Below, piece by piece: positions 1 through 13,747 of a stretch of DNA of 64,000 nt; positions within the stretch are counted from its first letter, which is position 1, and each line of letters begins with the position of its first letter. This DNA is from Phoronis australis (Eukaryota; Animalia; Phoronida). The notes under the pieces are model-generated. The model saw nothing but the letters and a program-made list of their open reading frames with translations. It made no database searches and was not told the DNA's origin. The translations under genes and the position numbers were made by a program. The DNA is taken from NCBI GenBank assembly GCA_002633005.1, contig NMRA01000368.1, positions 1 through 64,000 on the forward strand, given 5' to 3'.

Positions 1-1682
1 ACGGCCACACGAGCAGCTGAACTTAGCAATGTTGCTTGATAACTCGAAGGCTATTATAAACACAAATTACTTCCAAAATACGCATTTTTCAGCTTGGTGG
101 CTATGGTGCAGGGCTATCTCAGATTTTGACTCCCGAGTTGACTACGTCTGGCCGCCTTTGTCTCGGCACCTGCTGGATCTCAGCACTTTAGCGGCAGTCC
201 CCAGAAATTGTTGTTTTCAAGGACATTTTATTTTATGTTTTTTTATTTATTTCAACCTAATGGACATTATTTTGTTTCGTGTCAGAGGTACATTTTTGTT
301 ATTCATAAACCGTAAGCTGGCGTTCAACTGAACTTCTCTCCCGGTCAAAGTTCAGAGATTCGATCGGCACAGGGAAGGGTACTGGATTACTGCCGGAACT
401 CAAAGCCTTGGTTGAGCTGTTGTCACTAAAAATAAACTGTTGAATTACTTTTTGACGTGTACCTCTAGTATACACTATGTCTGTAGAGTTGGAGAGAGCT
501 CATTTTGAAGTTGTTCAAACATGATATTTAGATTTATGAAGCTTTAAAAAAGAATTTGAGTTATTTTTGTAAATACCCTATTTTTGCAACTACCACACCA
601 GACTTGTAATCTTTTGTAACCATACCACGACTTAATGATCATGCTACCTTCAAAATAAGTTATAACATATCTGAACATACATGTAAACCAATAGCATTTC
701 TGAAATTCTCGTCAAATGGTAATCATGTTTAGTTTTTGAATCGCCAAAATCGCCCTTACTACAACCGAAGTTACGACTGCACACGCGGTCTGTCATAAGC
801 CTGGTAGATAATTGGCCTGCCTGTTCTCAAGACTGCTTGGTAGTTAACAAACAAGCTAGATGTTATCACACCCTCACAACCCTCTACGTCTGGTAAAGTC
901 ACCGATCGAATGGGAAAACGCCGTCACGTAATCCCGATACCTCAGTTGTGAAATTTGTATACTACGCATCTAAAAAAACGGAACAGCTTGTGTATTACTG
1001 ACTAGTGTGCACTCCAATGATCTTGTTTGCTTGTCTGCTGTACTTTGGGCCGATGGCCATGTGTACAAACAAATAAAGGAAAGTAAAGGTAAGCTCCAAT
1101 AATATCGGCCAAGCTTAATAAAGTTGACCAAGCTTGAACAATATTGACCAGTCTTGAATAATATTGATCAAGCCAAGCATGAATAATATTGGTCACTCAG
1201 CTTGAAAATGAAGATAATGATTGAACTTGAAAAAGATTATCGATTGTTCAAGTTTGTCGTAGACACTGAGAACCTTGTGTGATATTCCAGTTGCCTGTAA
1301 TTGACAGCTGTACGATAAATGAGCATATCGACACCGAGACTGACGTTATCCATTATATGGGATTGATGTTACAGGCTTGTACTATAGTTGCATTCCCAAC
1401 GCTTTTTAAACTGTGTATTTCATCATAGAAATATATACTGATACGCTTACTGCCCACATATGGAAAGCACTATGTGCAGGCTGGTTAACAAATATAAAAA
1501 CAACAAATATAAATAGGATCACTACTAACGGATATCAAACTAAAAAGATCACATGCGATGCTTCCGAGAAAGTTATACGTAAGTTTATGTCACCAACAGC
1601 ATTTGACTGTCCCTTGTATGGCAGGTGATTGCAATGAGTAACACTGTGTCATGAACGAAGAATGTTTGTGCTACGTCATGTC

Positions 1683-1709
1683 GTGCGTGCGTGCGTGCGT
1701 GCGTGTGTG
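1683..1709. repeat. (GCGT)n/(GT)n microsatellite
   Basis: gtgcgtgcgtgcgtgcgtgcgtgtgtg read directly. Confidence 0.85.
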
Positions 1710-1895
1710 AGTCGAAATTTCAAGGTTTGTCATTTCATTGACCTTCATGAAAATAAATTGTTATTTTTGTGCTCCCGGAGACGTGAACAGAAAAACGAAA
1801 TTTGAAGTTGGATTCAAAGTCGCTCATTTCCATTTAAAATCATTATAGCCTTAAAAGTTACCACAATTCTGAGTTAATTGTGGTGGCTTAGCTGT

Positions 1896-2062
1896 GAGTG
1901 TTGGGTGTCCTCCTGTCCTTGGCGGCACCTTTACCCGCGAGTGTTGGGTGTCCTCGTGTCCTTGGCGGCACCTTTACCCGCGAGTGTTGGGTGTCCTCCT
2001 GTCCTTGGCGGCACCTTTACCCGCGAGTGTTAGGTGTCCTCCTGTCCTTGGCGGCACCTTAC
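1896..2062. repeat. 43-bp GC-rich minisatellite, ~3.9 copies
   Basis: Unit gagtgttgggtgtcctcctgtccttggcggcacctttacccgc starts at 1896, 1939, 1982 and 2025, head to tail with no spacers. Confidence 0.95.
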
Positions 2063-3125
2063 GGACTCGAACCCAACATCCGGGCCTTATTTTATCGTTT
2101 TGATATATAAATGGACTAAACATGGAACCATTTGGACGCTGGAACAGATCAGTCAAACTATCCGGTGTTTGAACACAAGATTTTAATTTTTCATACATAG
2201 AAAATAACAATTTTCTCGTACACCTTCTGTTAACATGGACACCACGAAAGATTCTGGGGAGAGTGTCAAAAGCTCATTACAACTCGACGAAGGAGTAGTC
2301 TTCCGCTCTTTGTAGAAACGCATTTGTCTGCCATTGAATGTATAACACATATTTAGTTAAATGTTGGATTTTTTACGAAACCTGCCTTGTTCCTCAAATA
2401 ATTTCCCACTGGACTCCGTGCACTGTTTGTGGCCGCAAAGTGAAACGGCTCAAACATAATTTCCCAGGGAAAGAATGGGTTCACAGTTTCGAGAAAAGGC
2501 ATAAGCAAACCCTCGCAAGTAGAACATGTCAAAACATAAATCCTGCCAGAGCAAAAGTTAGTAGCAAAACCGTCGAACAGTTTATTGGAAACCTCGAAAA
2601 CCTTGCACGGAGTTAAACCGTATCACATAGTTAACTATGCAGAGACAAATTTGAATAACGACCCGGGTCGTAAGCGATGCATCTTTCGACGAGGAATTAA
2701 ATACCCTGAACGTATCATTAACTCCACAAAAGGATGCGTGTCACTAATGTTCGGTGGAACTGCGACAGGGGAAACATTGCCACTGTACGTTGTTTACAAG
2801 TCAAAGCAAATGCTGGACACCTACATGTAGACCGAAGGTTGTCCCCGACTCACCCGTTACAACAGAACAAAATCTCGGTTTGACTCGACGACATTTTAGG
2901 ACTGGTTCGAGACAATAATTGTGCCTTGGGCGAAAAGAATACCTGAAAATAGCGTCCTGGTTGGAGACAACCTGTCGTCTCATATCAATAAGACTGTTAT
3001 TGATCAATGCTCAAAGCTTAACATCGCCCTCGACTGGATGTGGGCGTGTATTCCTCCGTTAAGAAGAACTAGCGAGCGGTGGTGACTGAATGGAAATATT
3101 GTGGCAGAGAACGTTCGCACGCATC
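2062..3125 (+). mobile_element. Partial copy of decayed pogo/Tigger-like DDE transposon, duplicate of 6021-7067
   Basis: Frameshifted segments NFPGKEWVHSFEKRHK (CENP-B-like HTH), IVNYAETNLNNDPG, SLMFGGTATGETLPLYVVYKSK and VLVGDNLSSH; near-identical to 6021-7067; ends at N (3126). Confidence 0.85.
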
Positions 3126-3619
3126 NCGAATGAGCTGGCGCTCGTGACGCTCAAAAATTTCTTTTTGCTTTCGCTCAACATATTCCATTAAATCAGTTCC
3201 TTCCAAACCAAGTTGTTGACCCTGTGTCAAAAACTTCCAGATCCGTACTGAAATTTTATTCTCTAAACACCCCTCGCAATGGACTACTCTAAAGAGTTAA
3301 TCTTTACCAGAGGCACTTGTTCAGGCTACTGAACCTAAACAAAAACAACACTTATGTAACACGCAGGCAATCTGTCAGTACACAACCCAGCTGGTTCTGC
3401 CACAACTATCTTATAACCCAAATGTATGTCTACACAAAGAGTGCTCAATCCCCCTAAGGTTAACCCACTAAGGATATTTATGGCTAAAATTTAGTCAATG
3501 GGAAGCAACACCTTCAGAGTGAAGTACAGTAGTAAAGGGCATAAACAATGCAAGGCAAACTTACCCAACCGGTTCTTTGTCGTGCGGAACACTGATGCGC
3601 CTTCTTTGCTATTATTAAT

Positions 3620-4013
3620 TATCTCCGAACACACCCCAAACTCCTGCTTCGGACCTTATTGGCCTGCCGAACTTTGTAGGCTACGGTGTGTCCAAATACC
3701 AATAAATCCGTAAGAGCGAAATAAAACAACACGTTTTTATAAGAACTCGGTGTAGTTTTAAGGGTTTTACATCGAACTTTGATGATTTATTGGTGTTAAA
3801 CGATGACTTCAAGCGATAAGCTGACACCAGTAACCCGTGTTGTGAACTGCTGTACAGACTGCGTGTGAAACCGATGACGTCATTGGATAATTTCAACACC
3901 TCCGTCTGCCGTCTGGTGTCAGGTAACGAAACCGTACGTGTCGTTATGGAGTAGAACTACTCTATCTGAATTGATACAAATTATGTTGTTTTTTGGGTGG
4001 CATGCTCCTTTAA
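3620..4013 (-). mobile_element. Truncated copy of TTAA-flanked Kolobok-like non-autonomous element
   Basis: Reverse-complement similarity to ~15905-16300; terminus gggtggcatgctcct followed by TTAA. Confidence 0.7.
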
Positions 4014-4800
4014 GTAGCAGGTGAACAAAAACAGAAAAGATCTAATTAGATACGTAATGACACTACAGTAAACATGGTAAGCATAAAAGTTGTAACGTGT
4101 GGTAGGTTACATAGTCGGTGTTCTCCACAACTGAAAATCCAAACTTGTCGGAAAGACGTAACTGGACTTGACCTGGCTGCCAAACTGTGTTAGTGGGCAA
4201 CACAAAGCCCTTATGTTGCAGTGCAGGTTGCCCAAACCTGAAGGGAGCATCGACAAACCTGTGGAAGCAACAGGTCAAAACGGGTAGTGGAGAACAAATG
4301 GTTACCAATAGTGCTTTAGCCTACAGATACCGGTTCAATAAAAAATGAACTCAAGATTGGAAATATTTTTTTGAAAAATAATTGATTAAAAACAATTTCT
4401 GTTTCTAAACTTCATCTTCATAGTAGGAAAAGAGGCAATAATTTTATTTGACATATTTACTCTGCCAATCCGAAGGACATTGAATTTTCTGCCTACGAAT
4501 ACTATACTCTCAATGTTCACGGTGGAACATGATTTGAATATTTACGTATAGTACAGGGTCAGGTACTCGATACATTAAAAGAGACGTGTATTAGACTCTA
4601 TTTGCAAGAAGACAATACAGAGTGACACATGTGTCTCGGAGAAGCTGTTATATTCCAGTTGCCAAGGTAATGCGCTCCCTCTTTTTTCACAATCTGTTCT
4701 CACAGGAATCTACTCCATACTATTATTATGGAAACAGCATCAATGTAAGTCGATTGAGGACTTTGTTCAATACAGATACACATATAAAACGTATATTCGT

Positions 4801-5003
4801 GAATATATCTGTAGATATGTGAATTTGAGGTAAGACAATAAAGACACATTCAAAGTACCTTAACTAAACGGTTAACGGACCGCTAAACACGGTACATTTT
4901 TGAATATATCTGTAGATATGTGAATTTGAGGTAAGACAATAAAGACACATTCAAAGTACAGGTGTACCTTAACTAAACGGTTAACGGACCGCTAAAAACG
5001 GTG
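4801..5003. repeat. ~101-bp tandem duplication, 2 copies
   Basis: gaatatatctgtagatatgtgaatttgaggtaagacaataaagacacattcaaagtac...ttaacggaccgctaaa at 4801 and 4902. Confidence 0.9.
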
Positions 5004-6020
5004 ACGGAAGCAAGAACACGACTCTTGTACTTGCGAACACCGTTCACTTACTCGCACACACACACACGGGATCGGACTCGCAAAACACGACTCATTCACT
5101 CAGTTTAGTTGTTACCGCGAATATCTAATCTAGCTCAAATTTCCAATGGCATATCGTGGTTGATATTTTTGGGGGTTTCTGGTTGGCACAACCCAGAGTG
5201 TATTTTTTCTGTCATAGGGCATTTAGTGATCACTGACAAGTACTGAATCCCATGGAATTGTTTTTGTGATACCTCGAGTGTATGAGCTAGCTAATTTTTG
5301 AGGAGTCCTTTTTTGGTTTCTGCCAGACTCATTCCAGAGGGCAATTTGTCTGTCATGGGTCATTCGGTGTTTATTGAGGTACTATTGTTCCTTTTAAATC
5401 AGTTTTAGCTGTTACCTCGAATATCTAATCTAGCTCAAATTTAAATATGTTTTGGCCGGTAACTTGTTTGTCTCATCTAGCTCATTTTTGGCCCCCTTGT
5501 AAGGACCCAAGGGGTCACACCCAGCGTGCAGACAACGGTAGAAGTCCATTTAGGTATATATTGAGGTGGATTCTAAGTGCCCCTATGGTCAGATATTGGT
5601 ACCTCTTTCATCTATGCTAAGTGATCTGGGCTGCCGTTCTAAAACTCTTACAGTCCATTCGTGGTTTCACAGTAGTCCTGTGTGAACGAACGCGACCGCA
5701 GGACGTGGAGCACTCGTACGTGGCGGCGAACGGTTGCCACGCTTCGTTTGATTCGAATTTCGAAATATTATTCAACGTTTACATCGTTTCTCTCGCCGCC
5801 GAATATTTAGCATGCTGCCTACCTAGTAGGCGTAAACGGTAAATACAGGTTGTTATGGCTGGATGACAGAAGCCACGACCCGGCAACACAAAGGAAGAAA
5901 ATACGCCGGGGGTTTTGCCGCCGCCGCAGAATCCGGTGCTTTTAAGTCGCGGGAAAAAGAGGAAGGTGGAGTCGGGTTGGGACAGGTGTTCGCGGCCGCT
6001 TTTGACCTGTTTTTGTTTCA

Positions 6021-8520
6021 CGGACTCGAACCCAACATCCGGGCCTTATTTTATCGTTTTGATATATAAATGGACTAAACATGGAACCATTTGGACGCTG
6101 GAACAGATCAGTCAAACTATCCGGTGTTTGAACACAAGATTTTAATTTTTCATACATAGAAAATAACAATTTTCTCGTACACCTTCTGTTAACATGGACA
6201 CCACGAAAGATTCTGGGGAGAGTGTCAAAAGCTCATTACAACTCGACGAAGGAGTAGTCTTCCGCTCTTTGTAGAAACGCATTTGTCTGCCATTGAATGT
6301 ATAACACATATTTAGTTAAATGTTGGATTTTTTACGAAACCTGCCTTGTTCCTCAAATAATTTCCCACTGGACTCCGTGCACTGTTTGTGGCCGCAAAGT
6401 GAAACGGCTCAAACATAATTTCCCAGGGAAAGAATGGGTTCACAGTTTCGAGAAAAGGCATAAGCAAACTCTCGCAAGTAGAACATGTCAAGACATAAAT
6501 CCTGCCAGAGCAAAAGTTAGTAGCAAAACCGTCAAACAGTTTATTGGAAACCTCGAAAACCTTGCACGGAGTTAAACCGTATCACATAGTTAACTATGCA
6601 GAGACAAATTTGAATAACGACCCGGGTCGTAAGCGATGCATCTTTCGACGAGGAATTAAATACCCTGAACGTATCATTAACTCCACTAATGTTCGGTGGA
6701 ACTGCGACAGGGGAAACATTGCCACTGTACGTTGTTTACAAGTCAAAGCACATGCTGGACACCTACATGTAGACCGAAGGTTGTCCCCGACTCACCCGTT
6801 ACAACAGAACAAAATCTCGGTTTGACTCGACGACATTTTAGGACTGGTTCGAGACAATAATTGTGCCTTGGGCGAAAAGAATACCTGAAAATAGCGTCCT
6901 GGTTGGAGACAACCTGTCGTCTCATATCAATAAGACTGTTATTGATCAATGCTCAAAGCTTAACATCGCCCTCGACTGGATGTGGGCGTGTATTCCTCCG
7001 TTAAGAAGAACTAGCGAGCGGTGGTGACTGAATGGAAATATTGTGGCAGAGAACGTTCGCACGCATCAGTTCCCAAAGATGAATTCCCTTCTCTTCTCAA
7101 AAAGCTGATGTCGAGGATGGGCCACAAACTCAATGAAAACATCAGTGGATTACGAAAATGTGGCATCCATCCGCTGGACAAGCAGCCCGTTTTGGATAGG
7201 TTACCACATATTCAGCAGCATCACATTCAACTTAGAAGAAATACCGTTGCCCAGGTTGTGCTGGACAGGTTGGATAAAATGCGCCATGGCGAGAGTGACC
7301 GGCAACCTCGAAAGCGTGCTTGACGCGCAGATGTTGAGCCCGGAAAAAGCCCCCTCTATGAAATACGGGGTTGAATTACATTCACAACCGCTGATTGTTA
7401 AATACACAAGCATTGGAGAAAACGCTGGCCATTATGATTGTATAATTTACTATCTCAGTTGCACAGAACTTCCTGAACAGTCTGAGACAGTTACTCCAAG
7501 CATGATTTCACCCCTTCATAATCCCCTCACTAAAAAGCCAAGTAATCCCACCCCTCATATTTCATGTGGTAACATAAAAACATTGGGAAAGAAAGTGACA
7601 GAAACCAATAGAAAGTCTAAAAAGGTACTAAAAGGGCAAGACGCGTGGTTACTGAGTGCCATATTTTTGGTAAGGAATGGTTTTGTTTTATATGCGGGGA
7701 GACGAGGGAGGAAGACATGATCTTTTGCTGTACTTGTTTACGATGGGTTCACACTGAATGTGCAGGTGACATCGACTCATATTATGAATGTGACTGACGA
7801 ATGCGCTTTGTTTTTATCAAATCATGATTCTCGACATTAATGTTTAAGGCGTTTGTGCAAATTAAGGCTGAAACAGTAGGTTAAAGACCCAGCTTGTGTA
7901 TTTCCCATAGTTTCGTAAGTTTGACAGAAGTGGAATAATTTTAGCCAAAATTGGTAGCATTTGTGAATTGTTTTTGTTGATGAATAGAGTTTCTATTCAT
8001 ATTCATTCCTTTTTATTGCTTTAAAATCGTTTTTGAAGTGTTTTCGGTTATTGAACCACTAGTTCCCGATACCGAATTGGGAGTTAATTATAAGACATAA
8101 TAATGTTCAATGTTATATGTTTTGCATATTGAACTGCTTCAATTTTTGCCCAGCTCCTGGAATCTTTTGATTCAAATATTCGCGGCAGTCATGGGAAATG
8201 GTTTTACAGACTTAATTCTTGTCATCCACTTATCAGTTTTGAGAGAACTACTGCAACATTTAATTTTGTGTGTACAAAAAGATTACAATGCCAGCTTTAC
8301 CCGCTTTGAAGATTACAGTGCCAACTTTCCCTGCTTGGTAGACAAAGTTGGCAGGTTACAAAAACCCTAAAAAATCTGAAATCCCAAACTTAAGCTATTA
8401 GTTTCGTTGGTGGGAATAGCTGTCCGGATTTAAGCCCACTAACATTTCTCTCTGTTACATAACTACAAAATGATTGAATAAAAAACTCGAAAACTGCCAC
8501 CTTCACCCCATTTTACGGTA
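6021..8520 (+). mobile_element. Decayed pogo-type (Tc1/mariner superfamily) DNA transposon with C-terminal PHD finger; left end missing
   Basis: HTH and DDE_1-like motifs with stops/frameshifts (DNLSSH, LDVGVYSSVK, ISGLRKCGIHPLD); PHD-like CFICGETREEDMIFCCTCLRWVHTEC...YECD at 7675-7797; putative right terminus ctgccaccttcaccccattttacgg followed by TA at 8519-8520. Confidence 0.85.
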
Positions 8521-9699
8521 CTGGGGAAACTCGTCTCGTTTTTGTCTGGCAGAACTCTCTCTCAAATATAACTTCTGTGGGTCATGTCTTTGTGACATCA
8601 GGGTTGCTGTGCTATTGTATTAGTTCTGGTGAAGACCCAAGCAGGGCGTGTTTAATTTGCAAAACTTAAAATTAAGGACTAAAGTGAACCTGTTAAACTA
8701 TTTTGTTGAAAACTTTGGGGATTAGCATTTACCTGAGATACAGTTTGAGGTTAATGCCCAAGGAGTTGTATTGATGCCATTATCTTCATATGAAATGGTC
8801 AATAGTCATATAATATTGAGTGATTAGTCTGAAGTAGACTAATTATATGCAGTATAAGTGGGAAAACTTTTCTTGCTGACATTTTCGTTGTATCGGATTG
8901 TGGTTTATGTTCCCTCGAACGACATATATTATCCCTGACAACTATTGGTATGTTGGTAAAATCAAATTTATTGTTTGAATATTTCAGTTATTCCAGAACA
9001 TTAGTACGGTAGAAGTGCTAGGTCTCATGGCTGAGATGCATGTATCTATATTGACATGTATAATGAATTTTACGTATGGAATATTGCTTTCATAAAATTT
9101 ATTCATTGTGTGTTAAAATTACAATGCTTGTAATGTCTTTTGAACTGATGTGTTACAAAGTTAGAATTATAAATTATAGTGATCCACATGTCTTATTTAT
9201 TATTACTCTACTTTTGTTTATGTAGTGAGTATTATTTATTATTCATATTTATTTTATTCGTGTCTTTCAGCAACAAGAACTAGGATATAAATATTACGTG
9301 ATATATGAAAAATATTATGCTAAAATTTATATAAAGTACTGTTGTATTTATTTGACTCTGTAGCTATACTTACAAAGCCATGTGGAAAATATTATTCTAT
9401 TGAATTCAGGCGGTTGCTTTCATATCAGTCTTAGCCCTGGCAAAGTCTCAGTTAATTACAATTAAATATTATCATAATTGAAGATTATCATAATTGCATA
9501 AAATTCCACGTAATCACAAATGATGTTTCCTCAAGATTGATATTGTAGTGTATTGCTATGCTTACAAAGGGATCTAAAAAGTTTTGTTATTCAGTTGAAT
9601 GATGCTTGCTTTCATTCTAGTCCTATTGCATCACAATAATTATCGTATTTGCAAAACATCATCAAAATTATGTTTTCCTGAAGTAATTTATAAATGATA

Positions 9700-10996
9700 A
9701 TTCCTCAAAATTGGTCTTACATCTAAAAATCTAAACCTGAAAAAAGTGTTGATCTTATATTTTCTAAGTCTAATAATACTCATTTCCAAACAAATCCAAC
9801 GCTGGAATTATCACTCGATGGGGAAGTCATTCCCAATAAGTTCACGCACAAACATCTTGGCTTGCTACTAGATAAAGTACAGAAATTAATTAATCCAATT
9901 AGAATTATTTCTCGTCATCTCAACTCCATGCATCTTGAAACTTTGTTCAAGTCTTTTGTACTTCCACATCTAGATTACTGTGGCATAATCTACCAATCGG
10001 CAAACGCTGGCATACTTCTTCAGTTAGAAAGACTACAATACCAAACAGCTTTAGCCATAACAGGGGCATACAAAGGGTCCAACACAATCAACGTTCTAAA
10101 CAGTTTCAACTGGAGCAAACTAGCAACCCGTCGTAAAACTCCACCTGTCCATGTATACATTCAAAGTGTTAACCAACATATTCCTCTTTCACTCCTACAA
10201 AAGACCAAACATGAGACCAGGACTGAGGCAAAGTAATATGCACACTATTCCATCTTCCATCAGCCAAGCCTTCAGGAGATCAACGATATTAACTTGTATT
10301 GACAACTGGAATTCCTTACCATTCAAGATAAAAGAAAGCACTTCAATCGTCACTCTAAAAAATAACTTTAAAATGCATACCACTACTCAAGACTTGTCAG
10401 TCCCATTGACATCATTCCAACTTCCTCGCAACCACCGAAATAAACCTATACAGATCAAGATGCGGTCTATTCCTAAACAACGAGAAATTCAGACATAATT
10501 TTAATAATATTTCGTCTCTTTGTTCCTGTGGAGATACCCAGACATATCCTCATGTTTTCTTTGCTTGTGAGGTATGCAAGGAGCAGAGGGTACAGCTTTT
10601 CCAGACACTCGAACAATACCCCAATGTTTACAAAAAATATTCTGAAATTCCGCAATTGTACAACAAAATTATTTTTTTTTCTATATGGATTTCAAGAACT
10701 CAAGCCACATGAAAATAAGGTTTTATTTGAAATAGTATCAGAATTTCTTCATAACATTAAATATCTTTGTGTGAGTGGATAGAATTGTATACATGTGTTA
10801 TGATAATGTTTTATTTACATTCGTAATCATATATCATTGTAATCTTAACATCAGTTTTTTAATTTATGTATTCGTGTATAATAATTGTATATAGACTTCT
10901 TTGTATTTTTAACCCAGATCTAATGCCTCTTGGCGCTTTCTGGGTTATGTATATTCATTGTATTCTGACTACTTCGTAATAAACATTTTAAAAAAA
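9700..10996 (+). mobile_element. 5'-truncated non-LTR retrotransposon (CR1/L2-group LINE) remnant
   Basis: RT C-terminal motifs HKHLGLLLD, LFKSFVLPHLDYC, LERLQYQTALAITGA, NWNSLP; CSCG..HVFFAC knuckle near 10517-10570; AATAAA at 10978 and short A-run at 10990-10996; frameshifted. Confidence 0.85.
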
Positions 10997-12597
10997 TGTC
11001 TAAAAATCTTGTTTTTATCCAAGGTTATTACAATCTTCACCACAGGCTCAGGCCTGGCTTGAGGTTCTCTGAATACAACTTGGTCTCAAGCCAATAAGTG
11101 GCGCTGGGGTGCGTTCTCCGTAGAACACTCTGTCAGAGCGCCACCTCTTGGGAAGTGGCACGGTGACAGGATGATGGTTAATACGAATAAATTAAGAACA
11201 CGTGTGTGAGCAAAAGAGCGCATGCCTCGGCTTGAATGTTTCTTGTAAACATATGGTCCCAGAATGAAATGGAAAATATAGTGGATTCTTTTGTTGTTTT
11301 ATTTGTGTCTTATTAGCTTGAGTGTGTCACCACACACAAACTTGTGTGGAATGCATTGGTCTAGTCTGTTTTTGTTTTTCCAGAAGCAACCAGCCTTGAA
11401 ACTATTGATCAATAAATGGATAAGCATGTTTATGTATTTCGAAACAGCTAAAAGCCATGAAACCATTGATCAGTAGACGGATAAGCATGTTTATGTATTT
11501 TACAATAGCAACAGCAAACAATCGGAATAGCCGAATGTTATTTTCTACCGAATGTTGGTTTGTCTGAAAATTGGTCCCTGCTGTTATTCAATGAAAATCC
11601 ATGTTGACCTGATTCTTTCACTGGGTTACCCCTCGCCAGTAACACTGGGAAATAAAGGCAACAAGTAGTCCCTACTAGCCTGTCATTGGGGCTACAATAC
11701 TCCCCACCAAGCTCAGCCCCAAGTATTTTAATCGGCCGTAGTCCAGTTCCAGCTACCAAGTAAGAAGTTTTACATTTTAAATTATCAACACTTTGTACTT
11801 TCTGGTTCTATGGATATCCTAAATGAAGAACGTCAGTGAAAATTCAGACAGCTTTCGTGAAGACTTCCGGATTCACTTTTTCTTCACACTGTTACGTTTA
11901 GGTGACGTCACAGGAGTTTGATCAGTGATACGGTGCCAATAACTTCCTCAAAATGACGGCCGGCGAGGAAAGCTCACTATGTGAAACTCAACACTGAGAT
12001 TTTCATAAATATGTTCAAATTGTATTGACAAAATTGTCTTCGGAGTCTCGATATGTGTTAATTATAACTCATTGCGTATATCTGCATACTGCATTTGATG
12101 CCTTATTGGCCAGAATTTTGTAATGAGTAACCTGTAATGGGGAACTATACCACTGCCTCTGGTCTGGCCATACAGAGTGCGGTGCAACTACTTATTGGAA
12201 AGAGTGAACGTTTTCTAGACCAATGGAGAAACGTAAATCTCTAGGGATGTCACCATGTATTTCAAGTGAAGCATGTGATTATACTAGATGTGCTCGCGTG
12301 AGTGTCTTGCGTCTGCGGAACGCAACACTGGTTACCAAATGTGACAAATGAAACCGCACTGATGATAGATGGATTTAGAGGGTATCCTATGCTACGCCTA
12401 CGGATGGAAACTAATGAACACCCCCTTTTGTTGCATGTTATTTGTGATGTGCGACGTGAGTTCATATCAGTTTAGATTTCCAAGTCACAAACGAACCAAC
12501 GATTGCAAACGTTTAATTATAAAGAGAAGGGTTGCGCTGTTCAAAGTCCCAAGAAACCCTGGCAATAAAACAAAAAATTGCGTTGTTAGTATTTTGT

Positions 12598-12603
12598 TTT
12601 ATT
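12598..12603 (-). promoter_or_regulatory. Candidate polyadenylation signal of the Cys-rich peptide gene
   Basis: AATAAA on - strand ~615 nt downstream of the TGA at 13217; usage unverified. Confidence 0.3.
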
Positions 12604-13216
12604 GGTAAAGCACATGTTAGCGTAACAAATTCGGCGTAATTGAATCCTATCTATTATCAAGTCAAAGTTTGTGTCTAAGCGGTATAGGTCGTCGTTATTT
12701 AGGTCCTGTCGGGAGAAAATTATCCACCCACCTACTCGCTGTAATTGAAGGAAAAGTTGTATGGGCACAGACTTATCGAAAATCTTTCTTTTCCAAACAG
12801 ACGGAATTTCCAGTAACCATTGGGCCCTGTTTTATCAAAGATGTCGTCTTACCCTACACTTTACTGACACACAGTTCATCGGAGTAGAAAACTGAGCGTG
12901 CATACGGTGTACAGTAGACTTTAAGATATTTCACCTATATCAAAAAGCGTTGCGTTTGGAAATCAAGTGCCTACGGCATTCATATCTACGACCAGGCACA
13001 CAATTGGGCCAGGTGGTAGAAAAGAAGGATTTTCCCTGAGAGTGTCCGTAACAACACGCTGTCTATTATATGTTGGCTAGCGATTACACGTAAATGGTTG
13101 AAGTCTAGGAATTACGAGACAACGCGAGTGTCTAAGAACGCGTGTTTTAACAATGTAGTTATCCTCTACGCCTTAATTTGATAAAATGCACCGTGGTTGG
13201 GCAGGCATAAGCGCCT

Positions 13217-13352
13217 TCAGTGACAACGGCAAATTGAGTAACTAACTCTGGTTTTCAAGCCGTAATGACATCCATGGCATTTAAGGAAACGCCATGTATA
13301 CCTCTTCACATTGTAGCAACGTCTGTGTCGGAATCCATGGACGCATCTTCGA
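13217..13352 (-). CDS. Secreted Cys-rich cationic peptide precursor, coding exon 3 (last): (S)RRCVHGFRHRRCYNVKRYTWRFLKCHGCHYGLKTRVSYSICRCH*
   Basis: Acceptor ttacgttgcAG, completes the phase-2 codon from the previous exon; open to TGA; ends in CxC; too short for the ORF track. Confidence 0.85.
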
Positions 13353-13747
13353 CTGCAACGTAATAATACAAATTAAGCCAACTGGGTTGGTTGCATAAAA
13401 CTTCAAAACTTACCTCCTGGATAATTTTTATTGTTGCTTGGCTTCAAGTACATTGTCTAAAGAATGCTCTACTCTTCCCCCAAACAACTTTCCTGATAAT
13501 GCACCTGACACCTGGGAAGGGAGTATATGAGAACCTGCATATAATGCGAAAGCAATTTCGGGACCAGGGTGTTAACATCATCACTCTTTCGCTCTCCCAG
13601 TTTTCCACTACTGGGTCCGTTATAATATTATCCGTAATACTTGTTCTAAAACTGAAGGTAAATGTAGTGCTTAGGAAATGTGAAAGAGTTTGGAAAGGTG
13701 GCGAATACCTTTGTACAGCGGATTGTTTTAGGCTTACTTAAACGTAC

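Noticed and set aside
1896-2062. 43-bp repeats as a CRISPR array (likewise the 35-bp and 54-bp repeats)
   Set aside because: Head-to-tail units without unique spacers, no cas genes, eukaryotic context
7133-7720. Longest ORF (195 aa) as a gene
   Set aside because: Largely off-frame reading of the decayed pogo transposase region; no coherent domain
13738-13747. ORF-track ending ...CLRYV* for the peptide gene
   Set aside because: CAG/GTACGT is a good donor and a phase-compatible downstream exon adds six Cys and a terminal CxC; read-through is probably intron, though an intron-retained isoform cannot be excluded
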